DNA of 62,031 bases, filler included, from Choristocarpus tenellus KU-1152 (lineage: Eukaryota > Protista > Phaeophyceae): the NCBI GenBank assembly GCA_964200185.2. It is 10 parts of 10 records of this genome, joined end to end, with 100 filler letters (N's around TTAATTAATTAA, not from the genome) between each part and the next. Parts side by side here need not be neighbours in the genome. Positions count along the whole stretch, not along the records: positions 33,576 to 39,313 come from CAXNAD020009879.1; positions 39,414 to 46,308 come from CAXNAD020007126.1; positions 46,409 to 56,308 come from CAXNAD020003296.1; 7 more parts are not named here. One strand, 5' to 3'. This document shows, piece by piece, positions 36,648 through 49,729 of this stretch. The notes under the pieces were generated by a model. It was given only the letters and a program-made list of their open reading frames with translations, ran no database searches and was not told the origin of the DNA. The translations under genes were made by a program, and so were the position numbers. The first letter of the stretch is position 1. Each line of letters starts with the position of its first letter.

Positions 36648-39131
36648 TTAGAGACACAGGCCGGGCTGTTGCTGTGGCTGGTGGCAATGGGAAGGTGGGT
36701 TACTCAAGTGAAGGTTTAGGAGAAGCTTGTGTTTAGTGATGGTGCGGGGAGGTAATCAGTTCGTGTCGTGCTGGGGTGGGGAGAAGGTCTTCTGTACTAG
36801 TAGTTGGGTCCCAGAGCGTTCTTCATTGCATGCAGGTGTGCTTAGTTGCTGTGACTGTTAGAGTTCTCGATTTACAACGTGAAGTCTGTCTAGTGGGCTG
36901 TGTCCTCAAGACAGTAAGGATCCTTGATTAGCTTTATTGGTGTATCGTATGCTTTTGAACGGCTTATCCAACCTTTAAAGTCTTGAAGCATTGGTAGGTA
37001 CTACAGGAGTAGTAGGTACTGCAGGACTGCTCTAGCAATGGAGTAGACACCTTGACCACATATCACACAACTCCTGCATGGCAAAGGACTTTTTTGTAGG
37101 ATTGTTCTGTGCTTTTTTGACCACTCGAACCCTCCTCTCAGTATGCAGGAACACTACCTGGTTCTTCACAAGCCCTTCGAATTGATGCAGTGCAGATGTC
37201 ATCAATCTACATAGGACCTCAGGCTCATGCTGCAGAGGTGGTGGCCAGGTTGCTTAGTTCTTTGTGTGCTTTAGCTCTTGGTTGTAGTGATAGATCCAGT
37301 GCCAATGGTATGGATTGATATGCTCAAAGGTTGAGTCTGCCGACCTGGGCCAGCTGCGGTTTTATGTAAGGTCAGGTTATGGAATGGTGTGGGTGATCAG
37401 TATCCTCCACTTACATGAAAGTACATGCTGTATGTGTTTGAAGACTTCTTGAACCTTTCATAGTACCTATCTGAAATTTGCCTTGAGCAGGCGCTATGTG
37501 TACAGCACGGCGGGATGATAAGACAAGATTGGTCGATTATTTCCTTTCCTATGTAGTGTGGGGTGTTGGGAATCAAGAGGATTGGTGAGTGGAAATTCAA
37601 TCGACGCACAAGGTTTCAATGTGCTCTATTGGAATCAAAACATTTGTGCAGCACAAGAACCAAAGAGAGTAAAGCTGTAAAGTTTACGAGGTGACGCAAT
37701 GAACTTTTTGTTGAGACTGGAATCAAATATGCGTATGCATGAGAAAATATCCAATGGAGATGTAGCTATTCAAGGGTTAGAATCATCCATCCCCAGACTA
37801 ATGTATAGACAAGAAACAGTTTATGCATATTTTTCCATTATTTATTATTTTGTGAAATAGAAATGTTTTTCTCTCTTTGTAGCACCTCCCAAATTGTTGA
37901 GCATCGTTGCATAATGCCTCAAATTAGTTCGAGATAAAGCAATAACTCAAAATGCTGGACCAAAAACAAGGCTGCAAGTCTTCGATGCAAGTGACCCTGA
38001 GACAAATAAGTCCAGCACAATATTCAAGGTAGGAGATGGAGCGACGAGCAGTGGGATGGCTGAACCCAATGCGTGAGAGGTGATTCAATAATAACTGAGG
38101 CAGTACAGTTATTTGTCGCAGTACATGTAGTTTAGTATGGTAGTAGGTAGGTCAGCAAAGCACTGGGATAAAGTAAAGTGAAAGGGAAAACCATTAATAA
38201 TAAATTTTAAATTGCTGGGCCATTTCCTTCATAATAGTCTGGACATTGCTGTGTCGTGTAGTACACATTCGATCGGAAGAAAAACCGACCCCCTTTATAC
38301 GTACCTCCCCTCTATCCTGTATATAGGATGTGTAGTGGCTGTACCAGCCCTACCAACTAAATATCTCCACCTGGACCCTCCTCAAGCATAGCCTTACATA
38401 CTGCTGCATACACAAAACACTGTGAGACACACTATTTAATTCAAACCATATTTCGTCCTCTCCACTCCATCCCCTGCACGGATTTGCATTACACTCATTG
38501 TTGTTACCTGGGTGCGACATTCCACAACCTCTGATGATCACCTCTCTCAAGAGTTCTTTGCCTACAAGAACTGTACTACAAATATTATCAAAGTCTATGG
38601 TCGTTGTAGATGGTATGGGATGTTCATCTCCTCCATGATGATGATTGATTGCAAATCAGATACTACACACCAAGGTCCTGGTGTCCTTCCACACATCAGA
38701 GAAATAATTAATTCATTTGTGCTTCACGAATCGGTACACAAGAAATATGTACAAGCTTTTGTATGTTAAGGTTGAAGGAGGAGTGGTGAAGATGTGCAAA
38801 CTGTTTTCCCAGCAATCGTGTACCACAAACAAATAAAGAAGAATGAATAATCAGATATATAAATGTTGAATAAATGTCGGTAAAACCTCGTTAACATGTA
38901 CATACACGTGATTTGTGTGTATCACTCACCATTTTATCAAGACGTATGCATAATTGATTGTTCCTGTTCGTTGAGAGAGGATCGTTGTGTATTGCTGATC
39001 ATCTGTCCCTAGCTCGTCTGCACAAATAAATCTTACCCTTAAATTTAACAGGAAACAATCAACCGTGTACATATCTAACCTTGTCATGTAATAGGAAACA
39101 ATGTTTATAAAATCGACTTTTCTTGTGATTT

Positions 39132-39313
39132 GGCTCAAAGTATTTAGGGGGGGGGGGTAGCGGCTGTCCATTTGGGGTCAATTTTCTCATGTCGTGATCT
39201 TTGGGTGATTTGGTTGCATACGTCGGATGAATAATGTAAATGCACTTTTTTCCTGATTTGGGGTCAAATGGACACCCTGGTATAGAACCCTACACCACAC
39301 CCCCACACCAAAA
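39132..39313 (+). mobile_element. MITE family R2, right end cut by the contig edge
   Basis: GGCTCAAAGTATTTAGGGG...CGGCTGTCCATTTGGGG...CAAATGGACACCCTGG. Confidence 0.85.
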
Positions 39314-39413
39314 NNNNNNNNNNNNNNNNNNNNNNNNNNNNNNNNNNNNNNNNNNNNTTAATTAATTAANNNNNNNNNNNNNNNNNNNNNNNNNNNNNNN
39401 NNNNNNNNNNNNN

Positions 39414-39483
39414 CAAAAAAGTGAAAGTCGAAAAAAGGGTGAAAAACGGACGCCGACACCCCCCCCCCAAGATACTTTGACCC
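39414..39483 (+). mobile_element. MITE family R3, right end
   Basis: AAAAACGGACGCCGACACCCC...AGATACTTTGACCC. Confidence 0.8.
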
Positions 39484-39937
39484 TTTAGGTATTGCTGTGA
39501 GATTTTGGGTTAGAGCTAGGCCTAGGATTAGAGTTTATTATATTGCTCAAGTAGACCCCCTCAGCTCGTTGGTGATATTAGGCTTGATGCTTCCTTTCAC
39601 TCGAGAATATTTGTTCATCTGATTTGTTGGGAGTGTGGCAGTATGAATGAAGAATGGTGGCTTGAATTTCGGTGAGTTAATTGTGTAGTTTTTAGCCCTT
39701 TTTTAGTAGGAGAAATTGATCACTTCCAAAAACCAATGCATTGGACTCCTTCTGTGTCACCTTTCAGGTGAACGATACCTCCTCTTCCCATTCCCTGCCC
39801 ACAAAAGCATTTCCCATCCAATCCTGTGCTTCTTATCCCCCAGTCCTTCCTAATCCCTACCCTTGCTCTTCCTCACCTGCTTCTTGGTTTCTTATTAACA
39901 ACACAACGGCAATAATTTATTGAAACGGCAATGGAAG

Positions 39938-42900
39938 TTATGCTCTTCGTATGTTACATGTCGCCCTCTGCTCCCTTCGGAGGGCGCACCATGATCATGC
40001 TGCTCTTTCTACTGCTGATGCTGCCTCTGCGGCAGTAGACCGTGCCCTGCGAGTGGTGCACCAGTCTATTTCCAGGCTAGGAGACAGGGCCGATCTTTTG
40101 CATCGGAGGGAGACTATCAGAGGGTTTCCTGCTTGCGTGGAAGACATGGTGGAGTGGGTGTGGGAACAGGTATGACTTGTCAAGTTGATCTGAAGCCCAG
40201 AGTTCCTTTGACCTGGAGTGGTACAGGGGGGTGTCGGGAGGAGTGTGGGATGGGGTTATCTTTTAAAGGGATGTGGCAGTGTTGGCAGTTTTTGTTCACT
40301 GATACCCGATTGAAATTATACTATTATTAATTTGCACTACAGGAGTAGAGGAATTTGTGTGGTAATTCTTGCAGATAGAATAGGATTAAAGGCGATCAGA
40401 AACTTTTGTTTGAGCACACACACACACCTTTCCCCTCTACTAGGTGTCTTTTGACTCTCCATAGTTTTGAAACCTATTATGAACTGGTGAGTATTACGAA
40501 CAAGGGATTTTTGGTCGTGTGTATAGTGTGGAGTTGACACATTGGACTAAATTTGTAAGGGCTCTCTGTATTGTTTTGCAGAGTACTCAATACTGTATTA
40601 ATGATGAAAACTGCTGGTTCTTGATAGTATTGGTCCATTTCTGGGTGGACTTTACTCTTCCTTTTCATCTAACAGATGACTGCAACAAGAAGAGGATGAC
40701 GTATTATTTATTACTTTCAAACTCTATTCAAGGTCTTTTGTGGTAATGAACCCCTTTTGCTTGGTCTGACAGGAAAGGCACTCTGCTTGCATCTGGTGTA
40801 TGGGAGCAAGGAAATCAGATGTAAAAAATGACCTCCCCTCAGATTGTTCTACTAGTATGTGACGCCCTTTCATACGGTACTTGCTTTAAGAGTGTAATAT
40901 GCCAAAGGGTGTCTAGTAAGGGAATCCAACGTCAGAATCGACTCTGTCTTGGTTACCCTCTTTAGTCTTGGAGTCATGGATTGGCTGTTTTTTGTGATTC
41001 CCGATTGTATAGAGTATTTGTTGGTTTGTCTGTCAATGTAGCATTGGGGCTACATCTCGTTTGGCTTCATTTTCCATTTGAAATTTGAGCCTTGGTTGTA
41101 ATATCAGAGTTAGTACTTTCATTTGTGGTGGGTTATTCGATGCTGTTCTGCTTGTTTCATAATTGCATATGTGACTGTACACTCTGCATGCTAACACCAG
41201 ACAATTGTCCATTCCTTTTTTATTTTTCTGTTGATTGGAATCGAAAGGCTGGAATTGTTGCTTAAACAAAGCTCTGTTGTATTGATCTACTTACGTGGCC
41301 AAAGGGATGCAATTCCAATCTCTAATCCACTCTACAGATGCAAGTTTGTTTTTTCCCGCTCATTGAAGGATATTTACCATCACACTTGTTGCGTATTGTA
41401 TTAATGTATGCATCAACTTAGGGGAGTTTGGGGTAGGAATATCATGCATGATTATATTGTTAACCTCTGGGATCCCTTTGCTTGAAAGTGGAACAGCATC
41501 ATATTGTTGTATGTTGCGCAATATCTATTTCTACGTATAGATTCTATTGCAATCATGCGCTCATACGCCCAGGACTCACCAAATTTCAATGCGATTTGTG
41601 TAATCAGCATTTTTTCTGGACCATTGTATGATAAGTTTAGATGTTAAACCTCAGACAAATACTTGCTCTGGCAATGAGCAACGGTTGTGCCTTTCGCTGC
41701 AAATGCATACAACCATAAGGCAACATGCCGACATTCTGCATTGCATTGCATCGTATTGCTTTTGATCAAATCCCAGCAAATAACATTTAAAACTCAAGTC
41801 TGACATGTGGGAACAATATTTTCCTTCAGATGGGTGCAGTGGAGACACGCTTCCGACGCAAGTGCATGGCCTGCCTACTGGCACTGTCCCCTCTCCTTCA
41901 AGGGCCAGACTCTCTGGAGGATGCAGAGGAAGGAGCGAGACAGTGGATCAGGCAAGTATCAATGGGAGTGGAGAGAGATGGTGTTGTGTTCCATCAATAT
42001 CTTGTCAAATAATGTGTGTGAGTAGTGGCAGACACACCTTTGAGCTTAGTTAATGATGCCAGCATAGTAAGTAAATTCCAAGGCTCTATTCTTCTTGAGA
42101 CTGTCAACGGGTGCTTCTGATTGTGCTCGACAGACCTTCATCAATGAACTCAGTAAGATCGTTGCACTTGCAAGCTGCTGAGTATTTTGTTAAGCTTTTT
42201 CACACCATTAGTTTACACCATTAACCAAATCTCCATTTTTTTCAAGAGTGCAGGGATCTGAGCGGTGGGTAAATTTCACCTGGCTGGCAGAGTTGAAGTT
42301 GTTGCCATGTACCAGTGTGTCCTTTTTGTGGTTCATGTTACATATGTTGGATACATATTCCAGCATGACTGCATCAGAGCTCCAAGAGGATGCTGCAATA
42401 ATATATTCATGGATGATTTTGCTCTGTGATGGGTGAAGATTTTATAATGGCAGTATGGAGTACGACTCCAAAATCATGAACTATCAGGAAAATTTGAGAA
42501 GTGGTAAAAGATAATGAATACTTCATCTCCCAGGATAAGCACTGACCCTTGCTAGAGGTTGTAGATCATGTTGAAAGCGCTTGTTGCATTATTGTCTTTA
42601 TTGTTGTGGGAGAGAGTGTGTGAATGCCACTCTGGGTAGCTAATCTTAAAGCTACTCATAGCATTGTGATCGTAGATGACCAGTGAACCAAAGATTGCCA
42701 TAATCTAATGAGCTTACTCTGCAGTATGGTACAATACTATTGTGCAAGTTACGTTCATCAAGGGACCTTGGTATCTACCGAAATCTGTTAGACTCTTTGT
42801 ATCAACAGTTGTTACAACATTAGCTGTTCCTACAATACTTCCAAACCCTTTTTATCTTCTGACACAAACGTAGAAGCGAGAATAAACGTGGATCCTTTTA

Positions 42901-45900
42901 CCCAATTGTAGATTTTCTTATCAATTGGTTTGTTGTCTACCAAGTTTGAAATACACTATTACATTTTTATTTATATTTCTACCAGTTGAAACATCAGAAT
43001 GGTTAATCTTTATTCATAACAATCTCTGGCGATGTGTTGGGAGGGTTAATGCTTGTTCATGTCAACACTGAAAACTTGTGATGAAGTGAATGGTAGTTGT
43101 AAGCTCTGTGAACGTATATGCCTACGAAATAGCCTTGCTGCTTCTCATCCTACCCATTTCACAAAGAACAAATGAGCATGGATGTAACTATAGTGTTTGC
43201 ATAGATCAGAATATTTTCTTCAAGTATACCACCACACTGACCCTTGTATATGACTTTGATTTTTCGTTTTGTTGGAGCCCTGTAGCAGTTATTTCTGTGG
43301 GTGTTTGGTTCTCTTGTTATGTTCAATAGGGTACATATACACAAGGTTAGGACTAATATGATTAACATCAAGGAAGAACAATTATGTGATGCCGCAACTT
43401 CATGGAGAACTCAAGGAAATTATTTGTTTAGATGAGTAACAATGAGTTAGGTTATTGCAGGGTCTGGAGAGGTGGTTGGCTGCCTGCGAATTTCGCAGTC
43501 CCTTCCTAAACTCCTCCCTGCTTCTACCACGTCCTCTTCTTGGTACCATCTCATCCCCTCGTGTATCATCTCCATCACTTGATCACTACAGTATAAAGTT
43601 GGATCAGGCCGGCGGAGGGGTGTGTGAAGCTGTACGAGTATTCGAAGCAGGCGACTGCAGCTTTGGGTCAGAGTGGGCCCACCGGGTGTTCACTAAAAAT
43701 GGAAGGGAGCATGAGGCAGAAGAAGCACTGAAAGGTCAGAGGGTTGGCGAAGGAATGACCCGCTTGGGTGCCCCCAACTCTGCTTCTACAAGTGGGTCCA
43801 GGAAAGTTGGAATTTGGGGAGGAGAAGCATTTGCAGGGATGCGGGGATGGTTGGATCGTCTGGGTGCCTCAGCAGACTGCTACAAGTTTGCGGTTGATAC
43901 AGGTATGCTCACCCCTGATGAGCTTTTCCTGGGAGAGAGAGAAGTAGGAGGGAAGAGGGCTCCATTGTACTCTTCCAAGGGTTGCAAACGCAAGACTGGT
44001 TTTGATGGTGACGGTGGGAGTGGGATTGATGATAAGGGGGAGACAACGGAGCCACATGTGTTTGAGGCGATTGGTACATTTATTGAGCAGTATGGAGCTT
44101 ACATTTCTGGATCTTCACTAAAGGTGGGTCATTAGGAACATTCCCCCTCTCTTGTCATTCTGAGACCCCAGCCAGCCACTATGTTCATTGCAGGTTTTTG
44201 CCTGGAACATTTTAGTTAAACTAGGTCGAGACTGTTGAATGTACTTGGAATACACTTGTGGCACATGTTGGATAGTCAGAGAACAATCATGTCTGACTCA
44301 TTATTAATCTTGTCTCAATGCACAATTTTCGAACATAAAAGATAGCCATTTTCTCCGAGTATTTTCCCTCTCTCAACATCTACTGTACTCTCGGCAAATC
44401 ACCCCTATTGGTATAAGCATCAAACTTCTTTATTTGACAAGCGAGAAGAAGATCAATGAAGTTGAAACCTCTGTCCTCTCAAGGCCTTGGTGGAGGGGGG
44501 AGGAGTTTCCTCCAAAGTACCCCTGGACGACCCAGGGCTCCTGCCGACAGAGAGGGCGGAGTTGAAGCTATCCCGAGCAGTGGTATTAAGGCGTAGCTTC
44601 AACCTTATTGAAAGGTGATGTCTGTATATGTATGTGTGTGTAAGTATGTGCATGTATAGCCTGAGGGTCGTTGTTGAAGGCCTTTAGTGCAATATGGCAT
44701 GCTTGACCTGGTGACAGTATCTATCTTCCTTTTTGCATTTCCCGTTTACACGTACTGTGTATCTGTTTGAAATTGAGTATATGACCACTTGCATGTAACT
44801 TTGCCAGTGCATGGATCCCTTTACAAGTATCATCTAATTGTCTTATTTCTCCGTCCATCCCCACCTGCTTCAGGCTCTGTTTGCACACAATTATGCCTTT
44901 ACGTGTAAGGAAGTCATGCGCCAATGTATTTACGCTGGCGTTTTTATCAGCAACCCTTTGCATTCTCAATGCTCTATCTGGTTCCACCATTGTTGCACAT
45001 TTCTAATACTGGCCTTGCGCTTCTTTTGTGTTCCATTTGTGCTTTTGTGATGATTGTTGTGTTGGTGATAATGTAGATGCTTATCCAAAACCAAGAATCC
45101 ACAGGCAATGGCCAAACACCTGGTGACCAAGGGGCTTTGGGGGTCCAGCATGCACAATCTTGTCCTCTTCAGTCTGCTTTGGCCATGGGCAGGGGTGAGA
45201 AGCCCCTCCTACCCCCTGGCAAAGCTTTTCATTGTTGTATCTTTTGTGTGTTGTGGTTCTGTAGTAACTGACTAGAACGTCTTCAGTACTTGAAAGACAA
45301 CTGAGCTAAAGCAAAAGATGTCCTTCTTTCATTTCTGCTGTGCTTTCTGGTCAACAGGATCTTCTTCCCCGAGCATCAGATGGGCCAGAGGTTGAGATCT
45401 ATCTGCCTGCTGCGGCAGAGCGTTTGCTTTCCCATTGGAACCTACTTGACACTGCGAGGCGGGCTCATCACGGGAGCAGTGAAGCAGATGGTATGGTACA
45501 AGCCCTTGGGGCTGTGCTGAAAATGAGGTCACCTGGTGGGGTCGTAATGGGGGTGGAAAATGAAGTAAACGATCTTTGCCGATGGATTTTGCGAAGGTCG
45601 ATCTTGTTGGAGGTGAGTTTCGTCGTTTTTCACACTACTACCTGCAGTATGTACACTGCAGCCTCACTATAAGTGGTCCACCTTCTGAAACTTTGTTTCA
45701 AGTTTTGTCCCAGTGTGCATTATTCCCTGGTGTTGAGTACTGTGATAGAACCATTTCTCTCTGTCTTAGTTGGGTATCAAGATAATAATCTGTCTCGTCC
45801 TTAACCTAAGCCTACTGGATGTGTGCTTTCGTATAAGCATGTTCCTGCGTGCATTGCATTGGGGTTCACGGGGCTGGTTTGAAGTACCTTGTATTCTCAA

Positions 45901-46308
45901 GTGAATCTTGACGAAGTCTTGATTTGACTCACCAGCAGGGGTGATCTGAGGTCTCTTCAGCCTCACTTTTGCACTGAGCAACATGCCTGCGAGAGGTTTT
46001 AAGATCTGTTTCCTTCAAGATGGTTTGCTGGTTTCTAATTTCAACTGAAGTAGTTGTCCCAGTTACACTGCACTTGGTTCAAAAAGGCTCACGTACGTAC
46101 CTTTTCCATTGTCCCATCATCTTGGCCCCCTCCAAATCACCCCACATTCCCAACAGGTGTCAACTAGGCGTTCAGGACTGGGCCGAGGTGGTGTGTTCAG
46201 AGTTGTTGGGGCGCCGTCAGGTGGGAGGGCAGGAGTGGTTGATGCAGCTGGTCTAGTGGGAGGGGCACTGGATGATGAACTTGCTGGTCGTGTCATAAGA
46301 GCCTATAG
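39938..46308 (+). CDS. PRKDC: DNA-dependent protein kinase catalytic subunit, internal HEAT-region exons (partial)
   Basis: Phase-consistent exons 39938-40169, 41830-41951, 43592-44123, 44484-44614, 45077-45194, 45358-45612 and 46157-46308. SLRRAHHDHAALST...RGFP..VEDMVEWVWEQ|MGAVETRFRRKCM...VFEAG...WLDRLGASADCY...VFEAIGTFIE...PTERAELKLSRAVVLRR is colinear with human DNA-PKcs SLALAHADEKSLGT...RGFP...[20 protein letters not shown]...TFEGG...WLDLLLAALECY...SPQEGERYNYSKCTVVVR (recalled sequence). Confidence 0.85.
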
Positions 46309-46408
46309 NNNNNNNNNNNNNNNNNNNNNNNNNNNNNNNNNNNNNNNNNNNNTTAATTAATTAANNNNNNNNNNNNNNNNNNNNNNNNNNNNNNNNNNNN
46401 NNNNNNNN

Positions 46409-46695
46409 GTCACAGCAGGGGAGTGGTGGAAAGTTGTTACTGCAACTAGTGGATCATAACCACGACCTCCCATTTGAACCTGGTGAATCGTTGGAACGAA
46501 CGGCAGGTCTACTTGCGGGTGGGAAAGATAAACCCCTTCCACCAGAACCTATGACCATGAGAACAGCGACAGAGTGTGAGGAGTGGCCTTTGTGGAAAGC
46601 TGCTATTCATGAAGAAGTTGATGATCAGGATAGCAGGGGAGTGTGGATTCAAGTACCTTGCTCCACTGATGGTCACAAGGCACTAGGGACAAAGA
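46409..46695 (+). mobile_element. Ty1/Copia pol fragment (start of reverse transcriptase)
   Basis: PEPMTMRTATECEEWPLWKAAIHEEVDDQDSRGVWIQVP...KALGTK matches EPxTxxEA...WxxAxxxE...GxWxLVP...KxxGxK. Confidence 0.8.
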
Positions 46696-46897
46696 TGTTT
46701 AGGCGGGGGTATTTGATCGGAAGAAACCGACGGACTATTAGAGTCGGAGTGTTTCTGACGGGTAATAGATTCAATGTTAGGATTGATGAGCCCCACCTAG
46801 TGCAGGTATCTCACTCTCTTCTCAACTGTGGTACAAGCTAATAAACAATAATATAACTAGTTGTGTGGGACAACAGATCGTCAAGGACAGCTTAACA
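46696..46897 (+). repeat. LTR-like repeat, copy 2 (TGTT...AACA, ~200 bp)
   Basis: TG/CA termini; homologous to 21186-21417; no TSD seen. Confidence 0.7.
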
Positions 46898-46976
46898 GGG
46901 TCTGCACTGTTCAAGTGAGGAAGATGAGGGGTACCCATTAGCAAGGGGTAGTGGAATTCCAAGTCCCTTACCGAGG

Positions 46977-47400
46977 TTGATGAGACTGAGCCAGCAGAAT
47001 TGTTGTGGCAAGAAGGGCTGGGGTGTGATTTGGACACCACCTTACATGCCCAAGTTTCAGGCTATCGAGTTGTTCTGGGCACATGGGAAGGAACACATCA
47101 GCATCTGGTACAAAGGGGAGAACGATTGGTCAAGTAGGAGATCAGATAAGGCTGGGTTGGTACTGCAACCCTAACTGGAATTGGATTGAGGGCGAGATGG
47201 AAACCGGCAGACTGTTTTGAGCTGATTGCTCATGCCCTGGGGGAGATGACAAGATACATGAAGACAGGGGACAAGGTATTGGAGGGAGTAGATGTGAAAA
47301 GTATTCAACCCGATGAGTGTTCCAAACAAGTCGAAATATGCGAAAAAGTTAGCAAGACCAATGGATGCTATCGAGGAGGGAGTAGATGAGGAGATATTGC
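46977..47400 (+). mobile_element. IS630/Tc1-like transposase C-terminal fragment
   Basis: WTPPYMPKFQAIELFWAHGK corresponds to the PPYSPxxNPIExxWxxxK motif; frameshifted downstream. Confidence 0.75.
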
Positions 47401-49551
47401 TGGAGAATTATTAGGTGGAACTCATGGTGGAAGATGACAACAATGACAATGTTGAAGTTGAAAAATCTAAGCCTGTACTATAACAATGAATGCCAAAAGT
47501 GGGCTCAGCAACACTCGGAGGACTCCAAGTACAAGCAGAATACTCCAAGTTGTTTTTTTTCTTAAAAGGCTCTGCACTGCCAACCCGTAACGTTTTGAGC
47601 TACCAAAAACATATCCTGCAAGTCCTGTGTACCTGAACATTTCAATGGCATAGATTTCTTCGCATCATGTAACAGGTATAACAACAATGTAAATAGGAAA
47701 GCAACAAAAATACCCCCCCCAAGATATAAACACCTCGAATCTTCACTTAGTAAACTATTTCAAATGCTGTATTGTAAGCCAAAGGTGCTGCTATAGCTCG
47801 ATCAATGTGTTATGATGTCAGATTTCATTCCACATCTATTAAATGGGGTGAATCTACCTCCAGTCTACTTTGCAGGGCTAAATTAGTTTTTCCAAATTGG
47901 ACCTCAAATGGCCCCTATCTTGGGTTCCACGAGGAGTTAGGACCTCAACCAACTTGGTGAGATCCGACTTGCCCCCATGTTTCCAACCATATATATATAT
48001 ATATATATATATTGTTGTCTAACTCGAAATATCCAGAAGATATCCCAATATCTCGATCATAATTCCCTCCCAAACACTGTGATATTTCTGCATTGCAATT
48101 ATTCTCACAATGGTTTAATGTTCTTCGGCCTGCAGTCAGAGGTACAATACCTGCACTACACAAGCAAACTACCGCACTGTAACTGAGAATACTACAGCGA
48201 TTTGCACCACCCCCATGCATGCCTTGCTCCCGGGATGTTAGATTTAGCCATTCCGCTACTTATCCACCATCTTTTCTGTCTGATCTGATTCATACTCGGC
48301 CTGTCGGAGTCACTTTGCCTTTATGCATCCTACTTGTTGGTATAGAATTGGTATGGCATACGCAGACGTACTTTGATGCTTTGTCCATGACGATTGTCAT
48401 GGGAACCATTGAAATCGAATTTCACTGTCAAAAGGAATCTTACTCCGAACAGTATTGGCTTTTTACCACCATGCCACTGTGATGGTATTTGAAGTCGTAT
48501 GATTGATTGAGTACTGAGTTGACTGCTCAGCTGTGCCCATCCTTAATTAGTGCTCCTGGTTTTCAACATTGTTTCTCTTCAAACCTGAGGTAGGGCTTCC
48601 AGACGATGAACTTCGAGCGATTCACACAATCATGGTTCCGTACAGCTGAGAGGTGAGTCAGATTGCTCGACATTTATTTATTGCCAAGCCTGTACTTGGA
48701 ATTGGAAATATATTTTGTGTGTTAGTTCATCATCTTGTGTGCTCTAGTACCGTGTCTCAAGTGGAAGCACCAAAGAACCTTAACTTCAACTACTTTGTAT
48801 AGTAAGTAGTAACTCCAACCCGAACCAGGATGTGCTAATGTGGATTGGTCTTGTCCACCTAAATCTGGTGGTGTTGTGTCTGTGACAGGTTTGGGGCATT
48901 AGGTTGCCCCAAGAAATACAGTACATTCTGCTCTACAGTTCTCAGTGCCTGCTTACCTGGTCGGAAGCAGGTACCTGCACCATACTACAACATCGCATTG
49001 AATTGGTGCAAGACAACATCACTTGTCATAAACAACTTGCGTTATCTTACCTGAAGACCCTTATCTCGCTCTGTTAGGCCCCAATTGATACCTGGATTGA
49101 CTGCTAGGCTAAGCGATGAGGCTAGAGTAGGCCTCTTCCATGACAGTTTTGAGGAAATGCTTCTCTTGCCACTCAGAAATCTTTTATTGCCTGTAGTTTA
49201 GTTCAGAAGATCGGGAGGGATTTTGGGCTTGTGTAAATGCTCACCTAGGAGGGTAGTTTTGTCACCAAGTTACACCAATCATGTACTGCTTGCGGAGACA
49301 ATTTTCTGGTGTGCAGTGCCTACCTACGTGTAAGTCCACCGAATCTTGCTTCTCTCCTCCAGCAGCATTTTCCTCATGCCCAAGTACGAAGTACTACATA
49401 TTGAGTCATGCTACCTTTGAGTGGGGTTCATTTAGACACCATTTAACACTTAGGGCATTTAAGATCTTGTCTTTGTCACCCAATTTCCCATGCCTGAAAT
49501 GCAGCTAACTCCCCATTGGAGGCTGTAGCTGCTGAAGAGGAAATAGAAATT

Positions 49552-49729
49552 GGGTCAAAGTATCTGGGGGGGTGGGGTGGTTTATGAGGGGGCGTCCGTT
49601 TCGGTCAAACAACACTTATTGTTGCGACATTTCAAATCCGACACGTGCGACCAAATCACACCAAAAAAGTGAAAATCGAAAAAAAGTGAAAAACGGACGC
49701 CGACACCCCCCCCCCAGATACTTTGACCC
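49552..49729 (+). mobile_element. MITE family R3, complete (178 bp)
   Basis: Perfect TIR GGGTCAAAGTATCTGGGGGGG / CCCCCCCAGATACTTTGACCC; flanks ATT/AAC give no clean TSD. Confidence 0.88.

Noticed and set aside
40773-40854. Exon-like block in the PRKDC intron
   Set aside because: The flanking exons join in phase and colinearly with DNA-PKcs without it, and including it would shift the frame.
42053-42120. Possible C/D-box snoRNA (ATGATG...CTGA); similar pattern at 10321-10388
   Set aside because: Imperfect C box, no terminal stem and no recognisable rRNA guide.
48100-49500. Possible DIRS/Ngaro tyrosine-recombinase relic on the minus strand (GMHGGGAN, THLSAVRNH)
   Set aside because: Too degraded; the motifs could be chance matches.
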